A stretch of 64,000 nucleotides of DNA from Patescibacteria group bacterium (GCA_019752815.1 JAIELQ010000003.1:18722-82721), one strand, 5' to 3'. Positions 38,673-48,917 are shown, counted from the first letter of the stretch. The notes: a model not told the origin generated them from the sequence alone. Numbers and translations are program-made.

Positions 38673-38848
38673 AATAATATAAATAAAAAATAATCTCTTA
38701 CAGATAAATATACCACATGGCGACCCTGTTCAAACAGAAAACACACATGAAATGACTACAAAACTGACTTAGCATGGAACAATTGTGTTGTAATTACACA
38801 TGAATTGAACGCAACAAAAACCACCAGTCGTTAAGACTGGTGGTTTTT

Positions 38849-39236
38849 TGCATATAAGCCGGATTCTGTCACAAAACTTTCGTTTTGCGGATAATCATAT
38901 ACCTAGGATGACTGTTACCAGCCACCTCATGCGGCTCTCAGTCGAGGGCAAAAATCACAATAGCTTGTAATTTCAGCCCTCGACTGCGCGGCCTTGCACA
39001 CGGGTAAGAGTTTAGCCGTTTCACCCTTATAGTTACCTATAAGGCTATTCCTCAGAATAAACCGGGGAATTCCGTCACTTTCGCTCGGGACGTCTCTGCT
39101 CGCATCTCGTGAATCAAAATCTTGCGACTCTGATTCAGACGGGCGTTACCCGCTACCTGGCTCCACAAGCTTGCGCCCATGGGTGTGTCCGGACTTTCCT
39201 CCCCCGTTTATACAAACAGAGGCGATTACCATGCAC
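38849..39236 (-). ncRNA. rnpB: RNase P RNA
   Basis: Minus strand has GAGGAAAGTCCGG near the 5' end and ACAGAATCCGGCTTA at the 3' end; terminator at 38816-38849. Confidence 0.92.
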
Positions 39237-39273
39237 TTATAATTATACAATAGATAAGATATTTATCAAGCTT

Positions 39274-39819
39274 CTACCGGGCACGCTCTAAGGGGTCAAT
39301 ATTTGCAATTGTTCCCATACTAATATTATTCTCCGCCGCAAACCCCGCTTTAGTTTCAATAACGTATTTTGCAGGGACTGGTGGTATAAATGATATTTCT
39401 GGATAGGTATCTGGAGAAGCATTTTCGATGACATGAACTACATACCCATTTTCATCAAGCCAGAAAATATCAATGGGATAATTCATATCTTTCATCCAAA
39501 AACTCCATTTCTCGGATGTGTCAAAAATAAACACCTTGGCAATACCAATTGGAATATAAGGCGTACCAGAGAGTCCCTGAGCTCGCTCCGCATCGGTATC
39601 AGCGATTGAGGCCTGCATGGAAATACGTCCAAACGTGAACGGGGTTAGTGGTGCATACCAATCGGCGATAACTTTTTCTTCATCTGTCATAGAATCGTTG
39701 TTACTAGCTTGCGGAGTCCGGGTATCAACCACAGGCACTGACGTTTGATTTTTTTCTAACACAAACAGACCGCCCGCTACCAAAACTAACACCGCAAGGA
39801 TACCAATTGGAACTTTCAT
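39274..39819 (-). CDS. DUF192-domain protein
   Basis: ADTDAERAQGLSG, FWMKDMNYPIDIFW, KYVIETKAG. Confidence 0.88.
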   Translation of the reverse strand: MKVPIGILAVLVLVAGGLFVLEKNQTSVPVVDTRTPQASNNDSMTDEEKVIADWYAPLTPFTFGRISMQASIADTDAERAQGLSGTPYIPIGIAKVFIFDTSEKWSFWMKDMNYPIDIFWLDENGYVVHVIENASPDTYPEISFIPPVPAKYVIETKAGFAAENNISMGTIANIDPLERAR

Positions 39820-39824
39820 GTTTT

Positions 39825-40229
39825 CTACTGAAACCACAGATATGCGTAAACAGTGACTGCAGATACTGAAGCTCCCAAGATTGTACCCCATACCATATCA
39901 ACAATAGTGACTGTAAGTGGCCAGTCCTTTAGTGTCGCCAGGTTAGTTAAATCATAGGTGGCGTAGGTAAAGAAACCAAATAGACCTCCCAAGATTACCG
40001 CCGTCAGGACAGAGTTTTTCAAAACTGCGGGATACATCGCAAAAAAAGTGAGCCCCACTAAAAAGACCAGATAAAAAATTATTGCCGCCGGCCAGTTAAT
40101 CGGACCCATAAGGTGTCCAATTTGCTCTTTATAAAAGTTACTCGCGACCAACCCTAACCAAATCATATCAATCACAAAAAATACCGGCACACTCATCGCG
40201 TACAACGTCAGAAATGTTTGTATGTTCAT
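39825..40229 (-). CDS. DUF2177-family membrane protein
   Basis: IDMIWL, YATYDLTNLATLKDW...VDMVWG. Confidence 0.88.
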   Translation of the reverse strand: MNIQTFLTLYAMSVPVFFVIDMIWLGLVASNFYKEQIGHLMGPINWPAAIIFYLVFLVGLTFFAMYPAVLKNSVLTAVILGGLFGFFTYATYDLTNLATLKDWPLTVTIVDMVWGTILGASVSAVTVYAYLWFQ

Positions 40230-40295
40230 ATGCTCACTAGTATACACCCAAACAAAACAAAGGTAGTCTATACCCGCTTTTGTGTTTTATACGTC

Positions 40296-40406
40296 CGTCT
40301 TTGCGAGCTTGCGAAGCAATCCAGGTTCGAAGTGACAACATTTGTTGTATTAAATAAATACTGGATTGCCACGTCATTCCGCTCCACTTCATGACTCGCA
40401 AAGACG
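40296..40406. repeat. RPE/REP-like palindromic element
   Basis: CGTCTTTGCGAG..GAAGCAATCCAG...CTGGATTGCCACG..CTCGCAAAGACG. Confidence 0.75.
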
Positions 40407-40421
40407 AACTTCTTAGTATAT

Positions 40422-41297
40422 CTACTTGTTCTTGATTGATTCGAGCATTGCTGCCATATTTGCGTAATCTTTATTTGAACCCGCATCAATAATAATCGTA
40501 TTGCCGTGGCTGGCTGCACTCGTAATCGTATCGAGTCGATTAGTATCAGTCAGAAACTGAATGGCAACTTCATTTGTTAATCCAGCTTTTTTCATGGTCT
40601 CCATCGCTTCTTCGAGTCCACGCGCAATCGCGGTTCGCATCTGGGCCATACCTTCTCCTTGCAACTTCTTACTTTCGGCTTCGGCTTGGGCTGCCCCTAC
40701 CAATTTAATACGTGCCGCCTCGGCTTCATTACGTGCTGCCTCCATGAGACGCTTACTCGCAATTACCTGGTTAAAGGCATCACGAACTTCAGTACTTGGC
40801 TGCGGTTCATCTACCAGCACATTTTCAATAATGTACCCAAAATGAGTAAATTGCTCTGAGAGTGCCGTTTGTACTTGTGACTCTACCGCATCACGATTGG
40901 CGTACAATTCAGTCATTTCCATTCCGGATGCTGTTTGACGGACATTATTTAAAACATACGAGGTAATTTGTTTCTCTGGCGACTCGAGTTCGTAGTGAGC
41001 TTTAACAGCACCTTTCGCATCATCACTGGCTTTATACTGCACTTTTACCGGCAACATCATAAACGCATTATCACTCGTTTTTACCGAAACATCAGCATGA
41101 ATTTCTTGCAGTTGCAGATTCACGCGTGACACAATCACCGTAATAGGCCACGGCAACTTAACATGAAGTCCCGGAAAGACGGCATGAGTATGGGGGCGTC
41201 CAAATGTTTCCAAAATAGCCGCCGTCTTCCCTTTCACGACATACAACATTGACGGCAAAAGGACAACAGCGAGCACGATGACAATAATCCAGAACAT
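40422..41297 (-). CDS. SPFH/band-7 domain protein
   Basis: N-terminal TM, ETFG, PGLH, KTSDNAF, AEAESKKLQGEG. Confidence 0.92.
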   Translation of the reverse strand: MFWIIVIVLAVVLLPSMLYVVKGKTAAILETFGRPHTHAVFPGLHVKLPWPITVIVSRVNLQLQEIHADVSVKTSDNAFMMLPVKVQYKASDDAKGAVKAHYELESPEKQITSYVLNNVRQTASGMEMTELYANRDAVESQVQTALSEQFTHFGYIIENVLVDEPQPSTEVRDAFNQVIASKRLMEAARNEAEAARIKLVGAAQAEAESKKLQGEGMAQMRTAIARGLEEAMETMKKAGLTNEVAIQFLTDTNRLDTITSAASHGNTIIIDAGSNKDYANMAAMLESIKNK

Positions 41298-41366
41298 AGA
41301 TATATAATTAATGAGTATGTATCTAGTATATCAAAATACACAACCAAAAGAAAAAGCGGACTGGTG

Positions 41367-42293
41367 CTACACCAGTCCGCTTTGCAGTAATGTTCTCATT
41401 GTCCAGTATCCAGAACGAATAAGGTTTCGTGACTGATCCTGGGAAACAAAAATTGGGTGGTACGCTTGTGGAAGCCACACAATACACACTCGCACCCCTC
41501 CCACTTCATCGGGATTTATAACTCGGTTGGCTTCAGCCATAAACCGCTGATGCCTCGTTTTAATGAGCTCTTGCATCGGTTTACTCGCATGAGCAATTCG
41601 CGTTTTATACAAAAGCATTTCTGACCAAGGAGCGAGTTTTGGTTTCTCCTCGTAGTGCTGGGCAGCGAAAACGAGAACATCAGTTACGTGCCGTTCAAGC
41701 CGGAGCAGCTCGCGCACAGGTAATTGTAGACTGCTCGCATACCCATCAGTCACGAGACGTCCACGAAACATTGTGGGTCGTGCAAAACCTGTCACTGCTG
41801 TAGCAATACTTGCTAATTCCCATACTTCATGGGCATTTGCCGGCAATTCCGTCCACCCTTCACCAGTCAATGGGTCTGCCAAGACACCGTAGAGACGGGT
41901 ATCATGCCGCATGACCGCGTCAGCATTAATGGCTCGTCCAGTTTCGCCATGTCTAAATACCCGATCAACATAATCAACATCAAACGGATGTCGACCAATA
42001 AAGCGACGCCTGAGATCAAACATCCGTTTGTCGGTCATATCATCAGAAAAAACTCTGACGTCTGTAGATTTACCACCACCCAAATAATACGCACTCGTCG
42101 CAAAGCCACTTGAAACACCGATCGTTGCGACGCTCGACCTCAGCCGCTTACGAATTTGACGTAGGTAAATGTGTGCGCCAGCAAGAAACGAATTACGCAC
42201 CCCTCCCGCACAACACACTACTCCGAGTCGCCGATCCTTATCAAAGAACGCCTGCAGGACGTCTTGATCACCCGTAGTAAAACCGAGTTCCAT
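41367..42293 (-). CDS. Patatin-like phospholipase
   Basis: AGGVR, GVSSG nucleophile motif, DGY; SD GGAGG before ATG 42293. Confidence 0.75.
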   Translation of the reverse strand: MELGFTTGDQDVLQAFFDKDRRLGVVCCAGGVRNSFLAGAHIYLRQIRKRLRSSVATIGVSSGFATSAYYLGGGKSTDVRVFSDDMTDKRMFDLRRRFIGRHPFDVDYVDRVFRHGETGRAINADAVMRHDTRLYGVLADPLTGEGWTELPANAHEVWELASIATAVTGFARPTMFRGRLVTDGYASSLQLPVRELLRLERHVTDVLVFAAQHYEEKPKLAPWSEMLLYKTRIAHASKPMQELIKTRHQRFMAEANRVINPDEVGGVRVCIVWLPQAYHPIFVSQDQSRNLIRSGYWTMRTLLQSGLV

Positions 42294-42355
42294 AATGCCC
42301 TCCATTTTCAAACTGGGGCGATTATGACAAATCAGTCCTAAAAAGCAAGTATTAA

Positions 42356-43198
42356 TTATTGTACCGGCGCGATATCATGTAATGCTTCATCAGCATGATG
42401 ACCCTCCTCCTCATGATGATCTTCCGCACCATGGCTATGACTTTCACCTAGTGCGTTGGCAATAGTCGCCATAAGCAAAAGTCCAATGGCAACAAACAAC
42501 ACGTGCTGTAGAAACTTGTTTGTTGATTCATGTTCCGTTCGTTTAGGAAGCAGATCATGTACCACTACGTGAATAAAAAATCCGGCCGCAATTGCAAGCA
42601 ACAATCCTTCCAGTTCGTGTGACACCACTGCAAAGTAACTTATTCCCACACCCACCAAAATAGTGCTCGAGGTCAGGAAATTGAGCGTGAGTGCGTGCTT
42701 GGTACTGTAGCCCGCTTGTTTGAGAACAAAAAACTCAGAGATTTCCTGTAATGTCTCATGAATAATGAGTGACGCAGTAACTGCTAGTCCTAACGCTGGT
42801 GAAGCCAAAAATGCCGGCACCAATATAATTCCGTCACCGATATTGTGAATCGCATCCCCGACGAGCAACTTACGTGCTCCGGCCTTGTTGTGACTATGTC
42901 CATCATGTTCATGGGGATCATGATGGTGATGTGATTCTGGTATCACTTTTTCAACGAACCACGCGAGTAAATATCCCGATAAAATAAGTCCGATACCTTG
43001 CCACACATTCCCTGCAAAAATTTCAAACACTTCAAGTGCCAATGCTCCCGACGTGACTAGAAACACCCCAGCCGAAAATGAGACCAAAAATGATAACCGA
43101 CTCGATAAAAACTCCCGCGCCACCTTGGCAGTAAATAGCACCCCGATGAGTGATACCGCCATAATACAAAACGCCGCCACTACAATTTCAAATATCAT
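42356..43198 (-). CDS. ZIP-family metal transporter
   Basis: SFSAG, His-rich loop, GDAIHNIGDG, HETLQEISEF. Confidence 0.92.
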   Translation of the reverse strand: MIFEIVVAAFCIMAVSLIGVLFTAKVAREFLSSRLSFLVSFSAGVFLVTSGALALEVFEIFAGNVWQGIGLILSGYLLAWFVEKVIPESHHHHDPHEHDGHSHNKAGARKLLVGDAIHNIGDGIILVPAFLASPALGLAVTASLIIHETLQEISEFFVLKQAGYSTKHALTLNFLTSSTILVGVGISYFAVVSHELEGLLLAIAAGFFIHVVVHDLLPKRTEHESTNKFLQHVLFVAIGLLLMATIANALGESHSHGAEDHHEEEGHHADEALHDIAPVQ

Positions 43199-43276
43199 AT
43201 ACAAATGATTACAAATTATTATTGAATACTATATCTTTCACGCTATACAACTACTCTATACTCTCATCTTTACTTT

Positions 43277-43330
43277 TGCAAGTGAGTTGCATATATTATG
43301 AGAGTTTGGTAATATGCAACTTAATTGCAT
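43277..43330. promoter_or_regulatory. Two Fur/Zur-type palindromic boxes
   Basis: TGCAA-GTGAG-TTGCA (43277-43291) and ATGCAA-CTTAA-TTGCAT (43314-43330) between the divergent ZIP and ATPase genes. Confidence 0.65.
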
Positions 43331-43331
43331 T

Positions 43332-44180
43332 ATGATATTAGGTGTTTTAGGCAAAGGCGGGAGTGGTAAATCGACAGTAGCGACAGCACTCGTGAACTAT
43401 TTGCGTGCGCAAAACAAATCTCTGCTTGCTATAGATGCTGACCATAATATGGACCTCAGTCACAACTTAACCACCGGTATCGATACTTCCCCACAAACAT
43501 ACCTCGGGAGCGGACTGACTGACTTGTACGACTATTTAGGAATCGCACCTGGAGTTAAATATGATATGGCATTTCTCAGTGGTATCTCTAAAGCCTTCTC
43601 CCTAACTCCACTTGATTCATTTTCCGAAAAATACTCACTACCACTCGACACAACTACGCACCTGATGACAGCAGGTCCACAAACAGATGCTGTCCTCCAC
43701 GGCAAAACATGTAGTCATATTCTCACGACACCACTAAAGCTTTTTTTACCGTTACTTACGCTACAGCCCGACGAATATGTTGTAGTCGATGAAAAAGCTG
43801 GAGCTGATGGTGTCACCACCGGCATTGTTACTGGCATTGATGTCGGAATCATTGTTGTGGAACCAGCTCTCCATAGCATCAAAACAGCCAAACAAATTGC
43901 CGAGCTCATGGACTTTTACCAAACACCATATGTGTTTGTTGGTAATAAAATACTGAGCTCTGAAGATCAGGAATATCTTGCTCAAGAACTAAACCAGGCA
44001 CCAATCGTGTACCTAGGACAAAATCGTGACATCCAAAAAGGCCACAGTGATTTTGCAATAACATGGCAAACGGAACTGTCGATGATAATAAAAACTGCTA
44101 CTACCATAAATATGAACAACCGCACAGAACGCACCAAAATCAAATTTGCCCGCAACCTATCATTTAGCTCAGCTCACTAA
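43332..44180 (+). CDS. CooC-like MinD/ParA-type ATPase
   Basis: GKGGSGKST, AIDAD, TCSH, VVDEKAG, VVEP..SIKTA, GNKI. Confidence 0.8.
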   Translation: MILGVLGKGGSGKSTVATALVNYLRAQNKSLLAIDADHNMDLSHNLTTGIDTSPQTYLGSGLTDLYDYLGIAPGVKYDMAFLSGISKAFSLTPLDSFSEKYSLPLDTTTHLMTAGPQTDAVLHGKTCSHILTTPLKLFLPLLTLQPDEYVVVDEKAGADGVTTGIVTGIDVGIIVVEPALHSIKTAKQIAELMDFYQTPYVFVGNKILSSEDQEYLAQELNQAPIVYLGQNRDIQKGHSDFAITWQTELSMIIKTATTINMNNRTERTKIKFARNLSFSSAH

Positions 44181-44271
44181 TCGTTAGTAGTTATTTCCCG
44201 TGACACTACTCACGTGAAATAACTGGAAATGATTCCAGTGATATGTTCTTTAACAGAAAGGTCAAACCCCG

Positions 44272-45066
44272 ATGTGTGAAGTCTGTGATTTCAACCACAA
44301 ACTGCAACCCGCAACCAAGGAAGATGCAGCGCTCGATGATACGGGTGCACGTACCATTTGGGGACACTACTCCCCATCCGATGCTGCTATCCTGGCAGAA
44401 CACTACCCTCGGGTGGGAGAAGCTCTGATCACGGAAATCAGCCAGCAAATCAATCACCCCAGACTACTGGAAGTTGCTGGTGTAGCTGAAATGGTTGAAC
44501 GGTACCTTGAAGGTTCGTTTTCGACCATTCGCGATCTGACCATCAAGCTGGCTGCCAATCCGCTGTCGATTCTCTACTGGAATGGTGCTGGCGTTCGTCG
44601 GGTCAAAACCTTCGAAACTGAAATGCTACACGGACCAATGGAGAAACTGGCCCTGCGTGCTGGTAGCGTACTCAAGATCAATCGCTTGCTCGATAATCGT
44701 CACGGCATGCAACTGACGTTCGGCTGCAGTTGCTGTGTGATTGCAGTGGCAACGAACGACCTCGATACACTTCACGAATCGTCTTACTACAACCTGCGTG
44801 AAGGGTTTGGACGACTGTATGATTCAGACGTGTTGACTGCCTCGGGACAGCTCTTTGACGGCGTATCAGTGGCTGATGTGCCGTCGCAAATACTGCAAAA
44901 AACAGCTGACTTCCACGACACTGAAGTCACCAGTTTTCTCAGATTTGCCCAGGCCTGCCGCGACACGCAACAGCGTAATCGGGTACATCCTGACCAACAG
45001 TCAGCTCTGCCGGAACTGAGTCAATTTCTGACCGGGCAAACCGTGACCACCACAAAGGCTGCGTAA
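44272..45066 (+). CDS. Hypothetical protein (higher-GC orphan)
   Basis: 264-aa ORF starting MCEVC with CSCC; own terminator at about 45076-45113. Confidence 0.65.
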   Translation: MCEVCDFNHKLQPATKEDAALDDTGARTIWGHYSPSDAAILAEHYPRVGEALITEISQQINHPRLLEVAGVAEMVERYLEGSFSTIRDLTIKLAANPLSILYWNGAGVRRVKTFETEMLHGPMEKLALRAGSVLKINRLLDNRHGMQLTFGCSCCVIAVATNDLDTLHESSYYNLREGFGRLYDSDVLTASGQLFDGVSVADVPSQILQKTADFHDTEVTSFLRFAQACRDTQQRNRVHPDQQSALPELSQFLTGQTVTTTKAA

Positions 45067-45157
45067 AATCCAACAATCCGTCCCTCACCATGCATGGTAG
45101 GGGGCGGATTTTTATTTGCAGATTTATCAAAAGTATTGTTTACTACATACACTACAT

Positions 45158-45511
45158 ATGCGTCTCACGAAACACCGAAAAGAAATCATCGACACGTTGA
45201 AAAAAAGTCATGGCACTTTGTCCGCGAACGATTTACATAAACTCCTCCCCACTATCGACCAGGTGACTATTTACCGTAACCTCGATTTGTTTGTAGCCGA
45301 AGGAATTATTAAAAAACTTCACCTCGACGGGAACGAAGCCCGATTTGAGTACCAAGCCCACCCCCACCACCACGCTATCTGCAATGACTGCGACCGGGTC
45401 ATTCACTTTAATGCGACCGAAGAAAAGCTCCGCCAAGTCCTCAACATCCCCGATTTTGACATCACCTCAATTGATTTAGTAGTCCGAGGAAACTGCCACC
45501 ACAAAAAATAG
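45158..45511 (+). CDS. Fur-family regulator (likely Zur)
   Basis: RLTKHR, TIYRNL, HHHAICNDC, C-terminal Cys. Confidence 0.9.
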   Translation: MRLTKHRKEIIDTLKKSHGTLSANDLHKLLPTIDQVTIYRNLDLFVAEGIIKKLHLDGNEARFEYQAHPHHHAICNDCDRVIHFNATEEKLRQVLNIPDFDITSIDLVVRGNCHHKK

Positions 45512-45612
45512 CTCTGCAGATCGTCTGGAACTATATTATAACTGTTTACTATATAAATGCGGCGCCATCCAAAAAAGCGGGACAATCAATCAGAGTTGTT
45601 TTGGTCTTAATT

Positions 45613-45864
45613 TTACGAACTAGCTTCTTGTTCCATTTTTAATAATCGTGTGTAGTAATCTGGAATTTCCATGAGATGTGCCCAAGCAATTTTAGCCGTA
45701 ACTTCGTCCAAGTCATTGGTGACATTAGTTTCTTCATGAGTTGTCCCGTGCTCCAACTCGACAGACAAACCTTTCCTAAATTCTTCCAAGTTAATAACTG
45801 AGAAATCTATTCCAATTCTTTCGCCCAACACCTGAGCTTCTTGTGGACTAAATTCTTTTTTCAT
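45613..45864 (-). CDS. DUF5661-like small protein
   Basis: GLSVELEHG, TAKIAWAHL.E.PDYYTRL..ME. Confidence 0.8.
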   Translation of the reverse strand: MKKEFSPQEAQVLGERIGIDFSVINLEEFRKGLSVELEHGTTHEETNVTNDLDEVTAKIAWAHLMEIPDYYTRLLKMEQEASS

Positions 45865-45931
45865 ATATTCAAAGTATAGCAGGATATATTCTTTAAGCGC
45901 GAGTGGGCTGACCGGGACAATGTAAGAACTT

Positions 45932-46516
45932 TTACTGCACTATAACTCGCCACTCCCAATCCTTTAGATAGACCGTTTCTAGTTCTGGCTCTGTGTTCAT
46001 CAAAAGTTCTAACGCTTCTGGGTTTGGAGGTAAATCTTTACTCTCATAATGACATACTACTTTTAACGGTAAAAGACCTAACCCCTGGCGGACTTTACCA
46101 CCAGATTCATCATCATGGAAAGCACTGTACTTTCCAATTACATATGCACCTGCTGAAGATCCAGCAACTGTCTTACCCCCTAACAACTCTTTGAAATTAA
46201 CATACTGACCTAAAACAGAAAGGAGTTTTGGTGTACTGCCTCCTCGAAGGTAAAGCGCGTCTGACAATTTGAGCTGGTCAATAAAACTGTTTTCTTCAGC
46301 TTCTATAAAGTTGAACTGCTTACCGTGTGATTGTTGTTTAATTCTCTTACTATCTTCAACAAATCTACCAGAATTATCATCGTCTTTTGATGCAAAGTAA
46401 CAAAGTAGTATTTTTCCATGATCTGGAACATCACGAGCTATTTCTTGGTAAAAAGTGTGATTGAGTTTGTTATCAGCACTTGTATACCCACCATGTAGTA
46501 TGTATTTAGTAGTCAT
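45932..46516 (-). CDS. Peptidase S51/class I glutamine-amidotransferase-like protein
   Basis: YLRGGST, AGSSAGA, GLGLL, CHY. Confidence 0.82.
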   Translation of the reverse strand: MTTKYILHGGYTSADNKLNHTFYQEIARDVPDHGKILLCYFASKDDDNSGRFVEDSKRIKQQSHGKQFNFIEAEENSFIDQLKLSDALYLRGGSTPKLLSVLGQYVNFKELLGGKTVAGSSAGAYVIGKYSAFHDDESGGKVRQGLGLLPLKVVCHYESKDLPPNPEALELLMNTEPELETVYLKDWEWRVIVQ

Positions 46517-46633
46517 TAGATTTTTAGTATAACAAAAGATTACAAGTAACTAAATCGAAGTGTAATTTAGGCTAATTTTTATTACTAGATGTCTGGGACT
46601 CGAACTTCGTAGAGGGGTGCTTGAAAAAATAAT

Positions 46634-47887
46634 TTAAAGCAAAAGCAACGCACCAAACCCTAACAGCGCCAACATACCAAACACGTCAGTGGCGGTTGAG
46701 ATAAAAATCATTGAGGTTGAGGCCGGGTCTTTTCCTAAGCGTTTAATCAAAAGCGGCACAAAGGCACCAAACAAACCGGCTACAATATGGACCACAATCA
46801 TAGCGAGCGCCACCACTACTCCCAAGAGCCAGCTTCCGTTAAAGACAACCGAAATGGTGGCGACGATTGATCCAATTACTAGACCATTGAGCGCACCGGC
46901 GAGTATCTCGTGCCAAATTACCGGCCACCCGTTTTCAAAAGAAATAGTACCCATAGTGATGCCGCGGACCATAACCGCAAAGGCCTGACTCGCCGCATTA
47001 CCACCCATCCCCGCCACAATGGGAATATATACCGCGAGAATGGCTAGTGCTGCAATGGTATCTTTAAATACTAAGACCACCGAACCAGCAAGGAACGCGG
47101 TGGCTAAGTTTAAGATTAACCACTTGTACCGCTGACTGAACTTTTTTTGCACACTATCAAACGGGCGCTCACTCTCGTCGACTCCGGCCACTATATACAA
47201 TGATTCAGCCGGTAATTTTCCAAACAGCCCTAGCGCATCATCGGAATAAATAATTCCTAATACACTATTGTCATGGTCGAGAACCACAATTTTTTTATGC
47301 TCAGTTTCTGAAAACGTAGCGATGATTTCATTGACTTCAGCCTGGTACGTAATCGTTTGGACTGGTTTAATAAATTTATCAATTGAAATGTTACTTCGTT
47401 CCTTAACGAGTGTAGTCAGGGCAATTTCACCAATTAATGAACCGTCACGTTGCACTAGGATTTCCGGGAACTTCCCAAGCTCTTGGTAATGATCGTCTAT
47501 CGCTTCGGCCACGTCACCCATCGTCGCGGTATCAGGCAAAATGACATAGTTAAAATGAATTAAGGCAGCGGTAGCTTTGGGATGGAACCGCAAAAAATAT
47601 TCAATTTTGTCACTGACTTCAGTTTTGAGACGCTTAATAATTTTTGAACGACGTTTAGCATCTGTCATGCGCATGATGACTTTTTCAGCCATCCGTAAAT
47701 CAAGATGATCAACCAAATCAACTACTTCAGTCACGGTCAGCTCCTGCAAAATTTGTTGTTGGATTTGATTTGAGAGTTCAGCAAACACCGCACTGCGTTG
47801 CCCCAAAGTCAGTGCACGCATGTTTTTAAGCCGGTCAATTTTATTGTAGGTAATCGAATTTGCGAGCTCGGATTTTGGTTGTCTCAT
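46634..47887 (-). CDS. mgtE: Magnesium transporter MgtE
   Basis: CBS pair, GMGGNAASQ, DPAS..FISTATDVFG. Confidence 0.9.
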   Translation of the reverse strand: MRQPKSELANSITYNKIDRLKNMRALTLGQRSAVFAELSNQIQQQILQELTVTEVVDLVDHLDLRMAEKVIMRMTDAKRRSKIIKRLKTEVSDKIEYFLRFHPKATAALIHFNYVILPDTATMGDVAEAIDDHYQELGKFPEILVQRDGSLIGEIALTTLVKERSNISIDKFIKPVQTITYQAEVNEIIATFSETEHKKIVVLDHDNSVLGIIYSDDALGLFGKLPAESLYIVAGVDESERPFDSVQKKFSQRYKWLILNLATAFLAGSVVLVFKDTIAALAILAVYIPIVAGMGGNAASQAFAVMVRGITMGTISFENGWPVIWHEILAGALNGLVIGSIVATISVVFNGSWLLGVVVALAMIVVHIVAGLFGAFVPLLIKRLGKDPASTSMIFISTATDVFGMLALLGFGALLLL

Positions 47888-47933
47888 ATTTGAAATCAAT
47901 TGAACTGACCATGTATGGTCAGTTCAATACATT

Positions 47934-48917
47934 TTAAATCAAGATTTCGATGGTGGCCGCTTCGCGCAGTTCTGTGATATACGCGTTAACGAGCTCTTGC
48001 TCCTTATTTGTCTTTAGTTGCGCTTCGAGCTGGGTTTTGATTTCTTCGAGTGGCGGTACAGTGACCCCAGTGGCTGCTGTGCCACTGATTTGTGTGTAGG
48101 CATCAGTCAGCTCTTGTTCACTAATGGTTACTTTTGAGATATCAACCGCTTTTGAAAGATGACCTTGAATTAAAATTTCACCTTCAATATCTTTTCGTAA
48201 GGCTGGCTCAGTAATACCCAATTCCACCATCTTGGCAGCGAGTTGTTCTTCCCCTCCAATACTCGTTACAATTTCTTGATAGCGAGCTTCGATTTGTTCG
48301 TCAGTTACGAGCGCTCCCTCACTGTATGCTGCTTGTCGTAATAACTCAGTGTTAATCAAAACATCAATTGCTTGTTGTTTAATTTCACTTTGAATAGACT
48401 CGTTATTGACATCAATACCTTGAGCAGTAGCTCCTGTTTGTAGTTGGGTGAGGTTTTTATCGTAATCTGCTTTAGAAATTTTGGTGCCGTTTACTATCGC
48501 TGCAGCTGGGACTGGATTTACCAATGCACTCACCTTATCAAATAAACCCGTATTGATTCTCCCTTGTTGTTCAAGAGCATACACCAAACCAGCGCCAATG
48601 ATAAGAATTATCACCGTCGCAATTCCATACTGTTTAATCATCTGCTTTTTTAATGAATCACCGGAAGGAGTATTCGTAGCTGTATCAGCAACAACTTCAG
48701 CCGGTACTGCTGTAGTATCAGTTGTTGGTACAACTTCATCTGCCGTAGCGGTTGTAGATGTAGGTTCAGTCACTACTTCTACCGTCGGTGTGTCAGTAGT
48801 ACCTACAGCTTCAGGACCGCTGCTCGCCACAGAACTGGTTTCTGGTGCAGGTGCGGGTGTTGGATTGGTATCTGTGGATGTGCTTGATGTATCGTTAGTG
48901 TCTTTATTTTCTTGCAT
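47934..48917 (-). CDS. SurA N-terminal-domain protein
   Basis: T/P-rich N-terminus, TM, AAIVNGTKI, LINTELLRQ, LREAATIEI. Confidence 0.8.
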   Translation of the reverse strand: MQENKDTNDTSSTSTDTNPTPAPAPETSSVASSGPEAVGTTDTPTVEVVTEPTSTTATADEVVPTTDTTAVPAEVVADTATNTPSGDSLKKQMIKQYGIATVIILIIGAGLVYALEQQGRINTGLFDKVSALVNPVPAAAIVNGTKISKADYDKNLTQLQTGATAQGIDVNNESIQSEIKQQAIDVLINTELLRQAAYSEGALVTDEQIEARYQEIVTSIGGEEQLAAKMVELGITEPALRKDIEGEILIQGHLSKAVDISKVTISEQELTDAYTQISGTAATGVTVPPLEEIKTQLEAQLKTNKEQELVNAYITELREAATIEILI

